From: a bacterium
Lineage (GTDB): Bacteria; Zhuqueibacterota; Zhuqueibacteria; Residuimicrobiales; Krinioviventaceae
Reading direction: 5' to 3'
NCBI GenBank assembly: GCA_963693055.1
Contig: OY843751.1
Span: 1,184,001-1,248,000, forward strand
Length of the DNA: 64,000 nucleotides
In this document: positions 1-9,872 of the stretch, in pieces
Position numbering within the stretch: the first letter of the stretch is position 1
Layout of the letters: the number at the start of each line of letters is the position of its first letter
The notes under the pieces: model-generated
Databases searched by the model: none
Told to the model about the DNA's origin: nothing
The model's input: only the letters and a program-made list of their open reading frames with translations
Position numbers and translations under genes: made by a program

Positions 1-105
1 AATGTTTCTGGTGATAATGATACAATGTTTCAATGGATTTTGAGTGTAGAATTGAACTATGACCATTTTTTTAGTTTTAATTAATATTTAATCCTTAATT
101 GTTTA

Positions 106-1179
106 TTATGCTAACAATTTTATCCTTGTAAAAATATAATCCAGATAATCTTCATTTAAAACAAGACGATAATATCCTGAATCGTTTAATTGCTGTGGTT
201 CGTGGGGATTATACTCCAGGTATTTCTTGTGCTTGTGTATATTAAACCAGTAAACTAGAAATATTTTTCCATCCTGAATTTCGATATTACTAATGCCTCT
301 TTTTCCAATTGCACACCCGGTATTGAACAAACAGGGAATGATCATATCGTTATTGTATAAACTACTACGATTACCTAATTTTTTATTATTGGTATTAAAA
401 AAATCCAGTTCCTTTTTTAAGCGAATAATTTCATCGTGAATATACTTCTTTTTTTCCTCATCTGCATTTGGGTAACCCCGAATTAGATTTTCCATTTCGA
501 ACTTTATAAAATCCAGTTTTGATAAAGATTCAAACAAAGGGCGGTGAGTATGCCCTATAATAGTCATGAGTTTATTTTTGGTTGAAAAATTGTATACTTT
601 TTTTTCAACCTTGAATCTTCTTTTGCTGTCATAAGCTGTAGAGCGGTTAGTTATGCCAAGGGGTTTTACAAAATAACGCAGCATGAATCCAAAAATCATA
701 TTAAACTTGTCTATCATATGAGAAGCCTGGTGTCCGTGAATAATGAAAATTTTATTTTTTCCATATCTCAGCACCAGCGCAGGTAACAAATCCTTATTGA
801 GTTTTTCATATTTCATAAACAAGTCATAATCGTGATTGCCAACAATCTTGAAAAGTTGATTTCTGTTTTTAAATTCTTTGAAAATGCGATATATCTTTTT
901 CCATCTTTTTATGATGATAGATAATGGGAATTTTTGAAGCTCTTCAATATCGCCATTGAGGATCAATGTGTAATTGTTTTTAAGATAGTAATCTTGAAGG
1001 ACGGTTCTGAATAATCTTGAATTCTTTTTAAAATCGTCTTTTGAACCGCCATCACCTAAATGCAGATCACTGAATATTGCAATTTTTTCTTCAGGCCCGG
1101 GAGTATACTCTTTTGCTTCTTTTAAAAGCGTATACAAGTTTTCTTCTATTAAAAGTACTCGTTTTTTGTAACTCAACAT
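106..1179 (-). CDS. Calcineurin-like metallophosphoesterase (LpxH-like)
   Basis: Motifs SDLHLG, NGD, GNHD, HGH, GHTH in order. Confidence 0.8.
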   Translation of the reverse strand: MLSYKKRVLLIEENLYTLLKEAKEYTPGPEEKIAIFSDLHLGDGGSKDDFKKNSRLFRTVLQDYYLKNNYTLILNGDIEELQKFPLSIIIKRWKKIYRIFKEFKNRNQLFKIVGNHDYDLFMKYEKLNKDLLPALVLRYGKNKIFIIHGHQASHMIDKFNMIFGFMLRYFVKPLGITNRSTAYDSKRRFKVEKKVYNFSTKNKLMTIIGHTHRPLFESLSKLDFIKFEMENLIRGYPNADEEKKKYIHDEIIRLKKELDFFNTNNKKLGNRSSLYNNDMIIPCLFNTGCAIGKRGISNIEIQDGKIFLVYWFNIHKHKKYLEYNPHEPQQLNDSGYYRLVLNEDYLDYIFTRIKLLA

Positions 1180-1675
1180 AATATGTCCAGATAAACATCC
1201 GCTTGAGATTAAATTTATAAAGATCTTTTATTAATTTCAAATTAAATAAATGTTATCAAAGAATTATTCTGTTTTTAACAAATCAGTAAAATAAAATATT
1301 CATATTTTTCAAACACTGGTGAACGTTTCTATAGATTATAAACTTGAGGGGAGTGGCAAACTCTTGATTGTTATTTTTAACATTTTAAGAAATCAAGCGA
1401 GATGTGAGTATAGCAGAAATTATTGCTAAATTCCTGTTAAAATACCCACCAGAATTGGAATAAAAAAATAGAAATACGGGTTTTGTTTTTGATTGAAATA
1501 CCCTGTACAAATACTAATATTAACTTTTGACTAAATCATGAAATGAAAAATATCAAATCATGAATTTTTTTAAGAGATTTTTATAAATAACTTGAATGTT
1601 GATTTGATTTGTAATAATTTGTTAAATGTACAGGATTAATTAATGTGATTTGAAAATGAAACCTGGAGGCGAAAC

Positions 1676-2089
1676 ATGGCTAACTACAAAATCAGTGACA
1701 TTGAAGGCATTGGACCTGCATATGCAGAAAAATTACAAAAAGTTGGTGTTCGTTCTGTGAGTGCTTTGTTAAAAAGAGGTGCAACTCGTAAAGGACGTGG
1801 TGAATTGGCTGAAAGCAGTGGTATTGATGAAACCTATATTTTGAAATGGGTAAATATGGCTGATTTGTATCGTATCAATGGTGTAGGTAGTGAGTATGCA
1901 GAATTGCTAGAAAAAGCAGGTGTAGATACTGTAAAAGAATTAAGAAATCGTAAACCAGAGAATCTTTATGAAAAGATGAAAGAAGTTAATTCTGAAAAAC
2001 GTGCGCTTGTACGGGTTTTACCTGGCTTGAAAAAAGTACAGGGATGGGTTGAAGAAGCTAAAAAACTTGATCCTGTAGTTACTTATTAA
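1676..2089 (+). CDS. DUF4332 family helix-hairpin-helix protein
   Basis: Two HhH motifs (IEGIGPAYA, INGVGSEYA), AGVDTVKEL; GGAGG RBS upstream. Confidence 0.8.
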   Translation: MANYKISDIEGIGPAYAEKLQKVGVRSVSALLKRGATRKGRGELAESSGIDETYILKWVNMADLYRINGVGSEYAELLEKAGVDTVKELRNRKPENLYEKMKEVNSEKRALVRVLPGLKKVQGWVEEAKKLDPVVTY

Positions 2090-2104
2090 GAAAAGGAAGT
2101 TAAA

Positions 2105-2539
2105 ATGGGAATGTTTGATTTTCTTAAAGATGTTGGTGCCAATCTTTTTGGTAAGGGAAACGAAGCTGAAAAAGTTAAAGAGCTTTTGGAAAAAGAATTG
2201 GGCAGCTCTATAACCAACCTGACAACAGCATTTGATGATGGTGTTGTAACCTTGACCGGAGAATGTGATACGGTAGCAACAAAAGAAAAAGCTGTTCTTC
2301 TTGCAGGTAATATCAAAGGTGTTGAAAAAGTTGTAGATGATCAGTTAACAGCACCACCTGCTGAGGAAGAAACCGAATTCTATACGATAAAATCAGGTGA
2401 TACTTTGTCAAAAATTGCAAAATCATATTATGGTAATGCAATGAAATACCCGGTTATTTTTGAAGCAAACCGTGAAGTCATTAAAGATGCGGATTTAATT
2501 TATCCGGGTCAAACCATACGAATCCCCAAATTGGGATAA
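2105..2539 (+). CDS. BON + LysM protein (Kbp/YgaU-like)
   Basis: MGMFDFLKDVG N-terminus, BON segment, LysM YTIKSGDTLSKIAK..YG..IFEAN..LIYPGQTIRIP. Confidence 0.9.
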   Translation: MGMFDFLKDVGANLFGKGNEAEKVKELLEKELGSSITNLTTAFDDGVVTLTGECDTVATKEKAVLLAGNIKGVEKVVDDQLTAPPAEEETEFYTIKSGDTLSKIAKSYYGNAMKYPVIFEANREVIKDADLIYPGQTIRIPKLG

Positions 2540-2555
2540 CTGAAAAGAGGGAAAA

Positions 2556-3140
2556 ATGTCAGGTTTTATTGACGAATTGATGCAATCTTTTGGACCTGAA
2601 ATTTCTAAGCAACTACATAATAATCTGGGCCTAAATACCAAAACTGCCCAACAACTCATTCCACAAGTAGCTCCATTAATATTGAGTGGTCTTCGTAAGC
2701 AAAAAGATGAATTTGGCGGTGAAGCTCGTGTTGATCATATTTTAAATAAATATGGCAGCGCAAGTGTTCTCAATAATATTGGGGAACTCTTTGCCGATAA
2801 ATCCCAGGATGATAGTCCTGATCCCAAACTGGGTGGATTATTGGGTGATTCAGGAGTTCAAGCTGCTGATTTATTATCCAAACAGTTCAATATCTCTGGC
2901 GATACTGCCGCCAAGATAATCCCAATGCTTGCACCTGTGATATTGGGTGCTTTGACCCAAAAACGAGATAGTGGTGCGGGGTCTGGTGGAATTGCGTCGT
3001 TACTTGATCAGGATGGTGATGGAAGTATTTTAGATGATGTTGCCAGTTTTATGATTCAGGGCCTTGGAAGTTCCAGTCGTTCAGGTTCTGGAAATGTTTT
3101 GGGTGGGTTACTAGGTGGTTTGTTCGGTAAAAAAAGATAA
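2556..3140 (+). CDS. DUF937 family protein
   Basis: Helical repeat organisation, LLDQDGDGSILDD, C-terminal GGLLGGLFG. Confidence 0.75.
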   Translation: MSGFIDELMQSFGPEISKQLHNNLGLNTKTAQQLIPQVAPLILSGLRKQKDEFGGEARVDHILNKYGSASVLNNIGELFADKSQDDSPDPKLGGLLGDSGVQAADLLSKQFNISGDTAAKIIPMLAPVILGALTQKRDSGAGSGGIASLLDQDGDGSILDDVASFMIQGLGSSSRSGSGNVLGGLLGGLFGKKR

Positions 3141-3146
3141 GATATA

Positions 3147-3977
3147 ATGATAACTAACCAGATCAAAACAGTATTATTGATGACTGTTTTAACACTGTTA
3201 CTGATTTGGGTTGGAAATTTATTAGGCGGCCCCGAAGGTGCTTTTATTGCATTTTTACTGGCCGCCGCTTTAAATTTTTACTCATATTGGTTCAGTGATA
3301 AAATGGTGTTGAAACATTATAGGGCCATGGAGGTAGATGTTTCAAATCAACCCAGGCTTTATGGAATTGTTTCAAGATTGGTTGAAAAGGCCAATCTGCC
3401 TTTGCCTAAAATTTATTTGATCCCAGAAAAAAATCCAAATGCGTTTGCTACAGGACGGAATCCCAAACATGCTGCTGTTGCCGCAACAGAAGGTATTTTG
3501 CAGCTACTTGACGATGATGAGCTTGAGGGTGTAATGGCTCATGAACTTGCTCATGTAAAACATCGGGATATTTTGACTGGAACAATAGCAGCAACATTTG
3601 CGGGAGCTATAGCAATGCTTGGGCAAGTGGGACGATATAGCAGTGGGCGAAACAGAAACCGGTCTAACCCGGTTCTTTTATTGATATTGATTATTGGTGC
3701 TCCTCTTGCTGCAATGATTGTAAGAATGAGTATATCCAGAGTACGTGAATACTCTGCTGATAAAGGTGGTGCAGATATTTGTGGTAAACCATTGGCGCTA
3801 GCCAATGCTTTGCACAAGTTGAAACATGGAGTGGCCAAATATCCTTTGACTCGCGGAAATCCTGCACATTCACATATGTTTATTGTTAATCCTTTCCTGG
3901 GTAATTTGCAAAATTTATTAACAACACATCCCCCTATTGAAGAAAGAATTGCAAAACTCGAACAAATGACAGATTAA
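3147..3977 (+). CDS. htpX: Membrane zinc metalloprotease HtpX (M48)
   Basis: PNAFATGR, HELAH, SRVREYSAD, THPPIEERI; N-terminal TM helices. Confidence 0.92.
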   Translation: MITNQIKTVLLMTVLTLLLIWVGNLLGGPEGAFIAFLLAAALNFYSYWFSDKMVLKHYRAMEVDVSNQPRLYGIVSRLVEKANLPLPKIYLIPEKNPNAFATGRNPKHAAVAATEGILQLLDDDELEGVMAHELAHVKHRDILTGTIAATFAGAIAMLGQVGRYSSGRNRNRSNPVLLLILIIGAPLAAMIVRMSISRVREYSADKGGADICGKPLALANALHKLKHGVAKYPLTRGNPAHSHMFIVNPFLGNLQNLLTTHPPIEERIAKLEQMTD

Positions 3978-4015
3978 TCTGATATTATGATATTGATGCT
4001 ATACGGAGGTATGCA

Positions 4016-5413
4016 ATGAAAATAAGGTTTCTTGGCGGAGCTCGTATTGTTACCGGCTCGCAACATTTATTAGAAGTAAATGGTAAGAAAATATTACTCG
4101 AGTGTGGTTTGTACCAGGGACGGCGTAAAGATACGTACGAGTATAATAAAAATTTTATGTTTGATCCCTCTGATCTTGATGCAATGATTTTGTCTCACGC
4201 GCACATTGATCATAGTGGTAATATTCCCAACCTGGTAAGTAAAGGCTTTACCGGCCCCATTTATACTACAAGTGTTACTGTGGATTTGTGTCAATTTATG
4301 CTCAGAGACTCTGCGTATTTACAGGAAAAAGATGTAGAGTGGGTAAATAAACGTAAACAAAAAAAAGGTGAAACGCTTGTAGAACCATTGTATACAATGG
4401 ATGATGTTGAACTGGCCATGAATCAGTTTGTTGGAATGCAATATGATTATACTTTTGAGATTGTTCCCGGTGTTAAAGTAACATTTAGAGATGCGGGCCA
4501 TATACTGGGTTCTGCAAGTGTGTTACTGGAGATTAATGAAAATGGTAAAAAATATCGTCTGGGATTTACAGGAGATATGGGCCGAACCAATATGCCAATT
4601 ATTCGGGACCCCAATCAATTGCGTGATCTGGATATATTAATAATGGAAAGTACATATGGGGACAGAGTTCATGATGCATCTCCTGATGTTGAAAAGAGAT
4701 TTTCAGAAACAATCAAACGCGTTATTGACAGAGGTGGAAAGATAATTGTACCCGCATTTGCTGTAGGACGTACACAATTGCTTGTATATGAATTACATAA
4801 ATTATTTGATCAGAACCGAATTCCCAATATTCCAATATATGTAGATAGCCCTATGGCATGTAATGCAACTGATGTTTTTAGAATGCATCCCGAGTGTTAT
4901 GACAGGGAGACATATCGCTTGTTTGCTTCTGACCATGAAGATCCTTTTGGCTTTGGACGTTTAAAATATATTAGAAAAGCAGAAGAGTCCAAGTTGCTGA
5001 ATACAACTGACAATCCGTGTGTTATTATTTCGGCTTCGGGAATGGCAGAAGGTGGTAGAATTATGCATCATTTGAGAAATAATATTGGTGATCCCAAAAA
5101 TCTTGTACTTTTCGTTGGGTATGCTGCAGAGCATACACTGGCCCGCAAGATAATGGATGGTGAAAAGATAGTCAAGATTTTTGGTGAAGAACATGCTGTT
5201 CGTTGTGAGGTAGAAAAAATTGATGATTTTAGTGCCCATGCGGATAGAGATGAAATGATAGAGTACTTGAAATTCATAAAGCCGGACCAGTTAAAGCATT
5301 TATTCCTTGTTCATGGAGAAGAAGAACAAGCATTGCCCTTTAAGAAAAAGTTGGAATCTTTGGGGTATAAAAATGTTTATTTCCCAGAAAGAGGAAGTGT
5401 TTATACGGTGTAG
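4016..5413 (+). CDS. MBL-fold beta-CASP ribonuclease
   Basis: HAHIDH, AGHILGS, MESTYG, FAVGR, SGM..GGR, FSAHAD, LVHGE. Confidence 0.9.
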   Translation: MKIRFLGGARIVTGSQHLLEVNGKKILLECGLYQGRRKDTYEYNKNFMFDPSDLDAMILSHAHIDHSGNIPNLVSKGFTGPIYTTSVTVDLCQFMLRDSAYLQEKDVEWVNKRKQKKGETLVEPLYTMDDVELAMNQFVGMQYDYTFEIVPGVKVTFRDAGHILGSASVLLEINENGKKYRLGFTGDMGRTNMPIIRDPNQLRDLDILIMESTYGDRVHDASPDVEKRFSETIKRVIDRGGKIIVPAFAVGRTQLLVYELHKLFDQNRIPNIPIYVDSPMACNATDVFRMHPECYDRETYRLFASDHEDPFGFGRLKYIRKAEESKLLNTTDNPCVIISASGMAEGGRIMHHLRNNIGDPKNLVLFVGYAAEHTLARKIMDGEKIVKIFGEEHAVRCEVEKIDDFSAHADRDEMIEYLKFIKPDQLKHLFLVHGEEEQALPFKKKLESLGYKNVYFPERGSVYTV

Positions 5414-5429
5414 ATAGTCTGCATTTTAT

Positions 5430-5465
5430 AAAAGCTGCTTAAATAAAAATGAGCAGCTTTTTTTT
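5430..5465 (+). terminator. Intrinsic terminator
   Basis: AAAAGCTGCTT...GAGCAGCTTTT stem followed by T-run after the MBL gene. Confidence 0.8.
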
Positions 5466-5562
5466 GTTGAATAATGCTGTGATTTGATTTGATCCTAAAT
5501 TTGAAATGCTTGAGTTTATGTACGATTAGTGTTATATTCTATCTTAATAATTAAGGATTAAC

Positions 5563-6741
5563 GTGGTTTCATTTTTAACACAAAATAACGCAAGCATTAT
5601 TGAGCAGGCCATTAATGTATCTACTGAAGGCATTGTTATTACAGATGCACTTGATTCTCAAAATCCTATTGTGTATGTAAATAAAGGTTTTGAAAAAATA
5701 ACGGGATACACCAGGGATGAAATTATTGGCAAGAATTGCAGAATGCTTCAGGGGGCAGGTACCAATATTTCTGCTGTAGCAGCAATCAGCAATGCTGTTA
5801 GTGAAAAATCTGCATGTACTGTAGAGTTGATAAATTACCGCAAAGATGGCTCTCCCTTTTGGAACCGATTATCAATAACACCTTTGCGTAATATAGATGG
5901 AATTACCACTCATTTTGTGGGGGTACAATCAGATATTACAGAACTCCGTAATACCAAAGAAGAACTAGAAAAAGCCAATGCCCAGCTGGAAACATTTTTT
6001 ACAGAGATGATACGTGAAATGGAGCAGGCTCGTATAGCCCAGGAACATCTTATGCCACGCGAACTGCCAGAGTCCAGCTTTGTAAAATTTGCCGTCAAAT
6101 ATGATCCCCTTGAACAAATTGGTGGTGATTTTTATGATATTTTTGAATTGGGTGGGCATAATTATGGAGTTTTGTTGGCCGATACTACGGGGCATGGTAT
6201 ACCCGCGGCATTGTTAACATTCATGACTTCTAATACGTTCAAGGGAGCATACCCAGGGGAATTGTCTACTAGAAAAGTTATCGAAAAAACAAATAATACA
6301 CTTTTTAAACAAATGCCGGATGGAACATTTGTAACCATGTCTTATATGGTTTATAATTCAAAATCTAGAGAATTGTATTTTACACAAGCTGGTAGTCCCG
6401 CTGCCTTGTTGATTCGGACCCGTAAGAATACTGTTGATATATTGAGAACTCGAGGTACATTGGTTGGTATCATTCCTCCTGAAATAGCAAGATATGATCA
6501 AATTAAATTAGAATTACAAGCCGGCGATAAAGTACTATTGTTTACTGATGCTGTACTTGAGGCAAATAATTTAACAGGGGATATTCTTGATATTGAAACC
6601 TTGCAACAGTTTGTTCTGCAAAATATTAATCTACCCATTGAAAAATTAATAGATAGTGTTTACCAATTTGGACTCACTGCTGCTAACCGAGCAAAATATC
6701 TGGATGACGCAACACTCGTGGGATTTCAGGTATTATCATAG
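5563..6741 (+). CDS. LOV (PAS) domain + SpoIIE/PP2C phosphatase
   Basis: GKNCRMLQG, NYRKDG, FWN, FVGVQ; PP2C motifs GGDFYD, ADTTGHG, FTD, DDAT; GTG start with AAGGA RBS. Confidence 0.88.
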   Translation: MVSFLTQNNASIIEQAINVSTEGIVITDALDSQNPIVYVNKGFEKITGYTRDEIIGKNCRMLQGAGTNISAVAAISNAVSEKSACTVELINYRKDGSPFWNRLSITPLRNIDGITTHFVGVQSDITELRNTKEELEKANAQLETFFTEMIREMEQARIAQEHLMPRELPESSFVKFAVKYDPLEQIGGDFYDIFELGGHNYGVLLADTTGHGIPAALLTFMTSNTFKGAYPGELSTRKVIEKTNNTLFKQMPDGTFVTMSYMVYNSKSRELYFTQAGSPAALLIRTRKNTVDILRTRGTLVGIIPPEIARYDQIKLELQAGDKVLLFTDAVLEANNLTGDILDIETLQQFVLQNINLPIEKLIDSVYQFGLTAANRAKYLDDATLVGFQVLS

Positions 6742-6808
6742 TTAATTACCTCTTTATTTTCAATCTTGTTAAATAATACGCAAATATTTAAGGTATTGCG
6801 TGCCTGAA

Positions 6809-6824
6809 TGGTATAAATCTTGCT
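6809..6824 (+). promoter_or_regulatory. Putative sigma54 (-24/-12) promoter of the chemosensory operon
   Basis: TGGTATAAATCTTGCT: GG-N10-GC spacing, close to TGGCAC-N5-TTGC. Confidence 0.55.
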
Positions 6825-6967
6825 TTTAATGATTAATATTAATGAGCATTTTTATAACTTGTTGTTTTTTAATATTTTGTTGTAGTAGTTTTAATTTGGT
6901 GTTGGTTTATAAATGGGAAAAATAGTCTGCAACAATAAAAAAATTACTTGAATAATAAAGAGGTGTT

Positions 6968-7363
6968 ATGAAAATTCTTATTGTTGAGGACGATCCGGCT
7001 GGCGCAAAAATCCTTGAAGACATTTTGCAATCTGTTGGAGATTGTGATACTGTTATTGATGGGGAAGAAGCTGTACAGGCATTCAAGTTGGCGTATGAAA
7101 AGCAGCAACCTTATGATTTGATTCTTATGGACATTATGATGCCAAATGTAGATGGTCAAGAAGCTTTAAAACTCATTCGGGAAACTGAAAAAGAAAAGTA
7201 CAAAATTTATTCTAATGGTGTTAAGGTGATCATGACCACAGCGCTTGATGATCAGGTAAATGTTTTAAAAGCATTTTGTGAGGGTGGTGCCGCAAGTTAT
7301 CTTGTAAAGCCTATTACACGGAACAAACTTTTAGGCAAGTTGAATGAGATGGGTTTAATGTAA
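6968..7363 (+). CDS. Single-domain response regulator (CheY-like)
   Basis: ILIVEDD, LMDIMMP, MTTA, YLVKP. Confidence 0.9.
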   Translation: MKILIVEDDPAGAKILEDILQSVGDCDTVIDGEEAVQAFKLAYEKQQPYDLILMDIMMPNVDGQEALKLIRETEKEKYKIYSNGVKVIMTTALDDQVNVLKAFCEGGAASYLVKPITRNKLLGKLNEMGLM

Positions 7364-7411
7364 TGTTTGAAAATAATGTGAAATTTTTCATATTAACTAA
7401 ATGGGGTTGCC

Positions 7412-9175
7412 TTGAGTGAAATTAATGTAATCAAAGAAAACCTGTTGAATGTGAATAAAAGTTTGATTGCCCTTACAACGGGAACCGAAAAGGAATTTCT
7501 GGATATTGGAGCCAAGCTGGCGGATTATAGTGAAAGATCTAATAAAATTTTGGGTGTTGCTAAATCTACAACAGATCTTATTGCCGGTTCAGATATGAAA
7601 AATGTAATTCAAGAATTGGGTGAAATCTTGAACCGGATTAACCGTTATTTGGATTATAATTCTGAAGAGCTGGATGAAAAAATAAACCAGTTTAGTAAAA
7701 TTTTGGAAATTTCAGATAAAAATAATTCCCCACTTCAGGCACTTGAAAGAAAAACCATGGAACTCCGTATGCTTGGTGTTTCAACCCGTATTGAAAGTGC
7801 ACATATTAATTCGGAAAATTCAAGTTTTGTAACATTGTCAAACGAGGTAAATCAACTGTCTAATCAGATAGCTGGCAAGTTGGAGATGATAGAAAATGGA
7901 TTGATGGATTCTTCTCGAATTGTAAATAAAACATATAAAGAAGTTAGTGAATTTAAGTCAAAACAAGCCTCATCTGCAATTTCTATTTTTTCAAGAATCA
8001 ATCAATGTATTGAAGCTCTTGTAATTAAACATGATCAATCTGTAAATATGGTTAATTCAATCCGTGATGATAATCAAAGAATAACCGATGGAGTGAATGG
8101 TATTGTTGGTTCTTTGCAGATACATGACATAAGCAGACAAAAACTTGAACATGTTACCGAAGCTATTGATGATTTGGAGCCCGATGCTATTGATGTTCAA
8201 CAAGAAATTGATAAAGAATTCATCATGCAAACTGCTGATGTGTGCAAGCTTCAGATTCAACAATTATATAATACCAGAATGGAAATTTTAGATGCTTTTC
8301 AATCCATTATTAGTAATGGTAACAATATTGCTTCAACTACTCGCCAAATGGCTTCAAATACCAGCAAAATGATGACAACGTCAGATGAGAATAGCTCTGC
8401 TTTTTGTTTTGACGTTGAAAGTGGAATTGAAAGTGTAATTTCTTCATTACGAAATAATGCAAATATAATACATGATCTCAGTCAAACTACTATGCAGATT
8501 TCTGGTTTAATTAAAGAGATGTCTGTTTTTATTAAAGACATTAAAGAAATTGGGACCAATATAACTCTTATCGCTTTGAATGCCATAATTAATGCAGAGC
8601 ATTTACATAAAGAAGGTGCGGCACTAAGTGTTTTGGCTGATGCAATACAACAATTATCTGTGAACACCAAACTGGATATTGAAAAAATTGCCGACAATTT
8701 GGGAACAATAACTGAATTGGCTAAAAATTTAGCTTATATGAATTCTTTTGGTGATGAAAAGCTCGAAATTGATACTGTAGTTGATGAGATGTCAATCAAT
8801 CTTAATACTTTGCTGCAAAAATTAAACAAAATGTTTACAAACAGCTCTAGTTATTTGAGTCAAATTGAATCTGATGGAAATTCTTTATTTAATGATCTTG
8901 ATGCTACGATGAACAGTATTTCTGTTCACCATAAATTGGAAGCCAGTATTATTGATGCAATTGGTCTGCTTAATGCTGTAATTGACCAGGTCCAGAGGAC
9001 GGTGCCTGAATATGATGGTCAATCCAGGCAGATTAATACTGATAATTTGTCATCAAGATATACTATGCAATCGGAACGTTCTATTCATGATGCATTTGTA
9101 GATAATACCGTTCAAGATATTGCAGATTTTACTGAATCAGATGACGATTTGGGTGATAATATCGAGTTGTTTTAA
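7412..9175 (+). CDS. Soluble MCP-like chemotaxis protein with two degenerate signalling tips
   Basis: Coiled-coil, no TM; LRMLGVSTRIESAH and ITLIALNAIINAEHLHKEGAALSVLA; ends DDLGDNIELF; TTG start. Confidence 0.7.
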   Translation: MSEINVIKENLLNVNKSLIALTTGTEKEFLDIGAKLADYSERSNKILGVAKSTTDLIAGSDMKNVIQELGEILNRINRYLDYNSEELDEKINQFSKILEISDKNNSPLQALERKTMELRMLGVSTRIESAHINSENSSFVTLSNEVNQLSNQIAGKLEMIENGLMDSSRIVNKTYKEVSEFKSKQASSAISIFSRINQCIEALVIKHDQSVNMVNSIRDDNQRITDGVNGIVGSLQIHDISRQKLEHVTEAIDDLEPDAIDVQQEIDKEFIMQTADVCKLQIQQLYNTRMEILDAFQSIISNGNNIASTTRQMASNTSKMMTTSDENSSAFCFDVESGIESVISSLRNNANIIHDLSQTTMQISGLIKEMSVFIKDIKEIGTNITLIALNAIINAEHLHKEGAALSVLADAIQQLSVNTKLDIEKIADNLGTITELAKNLAYMNSFGDEKLEIDTVVDEMSINLNTLLQKLNKMFTNSSSYLSQIESDGNSLFNDLDATMNSISVHHKLEASIIDAIGLLNAVIDQVQRTVPEYDGQSRQINTDNLSSRYTMQSERSIHDAFVDNTVQDIADFTESDDDLGDNIELF

Positions 9176-9190
9176 AAGAATGGAAAGTAT

Positions 9191-9475
9191 ATGATAAAGT
9201 ATACGAAACGAGGTAAAAACAGAGTTATTACTCTGAATCAAAGTATTGGTATTGAACAGGCCGATGAACTTTATAAAGCTTTGATTGCTTGTTATAAAAA
9301 AGCAAACAAGATAAGTATTGAGATGAATAAACTCGAAACAATAGATTTATCTGCTTTGCAATTATTATATGCAGCTAAAAAAGCCTGTTTATTAAAAGGG
9401 ATTGATTTTTTATTCGATCCCAATGATGCGCCCTGTGTACAAGAACAATTATTAAAGACGTGTATAGAGATATAA
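9191..9475 (+). CDS. STAS domain protein
   Basis: 94 aa, IDLSALQLL motif, directly upstream of cheY. Confidence 0.75.
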   Translation: MIKYTKRGKNRVITLNQSIGIEQADELYKALIACYKKANKISIEMNKLETIDLSALQLLYAAKKACLLKGIDFLFDPNDAPCVQEQLLKTCIEI

Positions 9476-9491
9476 ATTAAGAGGCCTTTTT

Positions 9492-9857
9492 ATGTCAAAG
9501 ACAATAATGACAGTAGATGATTCCGCAAGTATAAGACAGATGGTGAGTTTTACTCTAAAAAGTGCCGGCTATATTGTGATTGAGGCCGTGGATGGCAGAG
9601 ATGCATTAAATAAAATTGAAAATTCTAAAGTTGATCTGATATTGGCAGATTTGAATATGCCCAATATGGATGGCATAACTTTGATTAAAAATGTTCGTAG
9701 CAATCCTGCATACAAGTTTGTTCCTATTGTAATGCTGACAACAGAATCTCAAGCGGATAAGAAACAGGAAGGAAGATCCGCAGGAGCAACAGGTTGGATT
9801 GTAAAACCGTTTAAACCGGAACAGCTTGTTGCTGTTGTAAAAAAGGTATTGGGCTAA
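9492..9857 (+). CDS. cheY: Chemotaxis response regulator CheY
   Basis: VDDS, DLNMPNMDG, MLTTES, GATGWIVKPF. Confidence 0.92.
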   Translation: MSKTIMTVDDSASIRQMVSFTLKSAGYIVIEAVDGRDALNKIENSKVDLILADLNMPNMDGITLIKNVRSNPAYKFVPIVMLTTESQADKKQEGRSAGATGWIVKPFKPEQLVAVVKKVLG

Positions 9858-9872
9858 AGAAAAGGTAATCCA

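Noticed and set aside
1343-1397. GAGTGGCAAACTC mini-hairpin and CTTGATT..AATCAAG inverted repeat as a possible c-di-GMP riboswitch
   Set aside because: The remaining conserved riboswitch elements are absent and the stems are weak
4095-4105. TACTCGAGTG near-match to the operator
   Set aside because: Inside the MBL coding sequence, far from the sugar locus; probably chance
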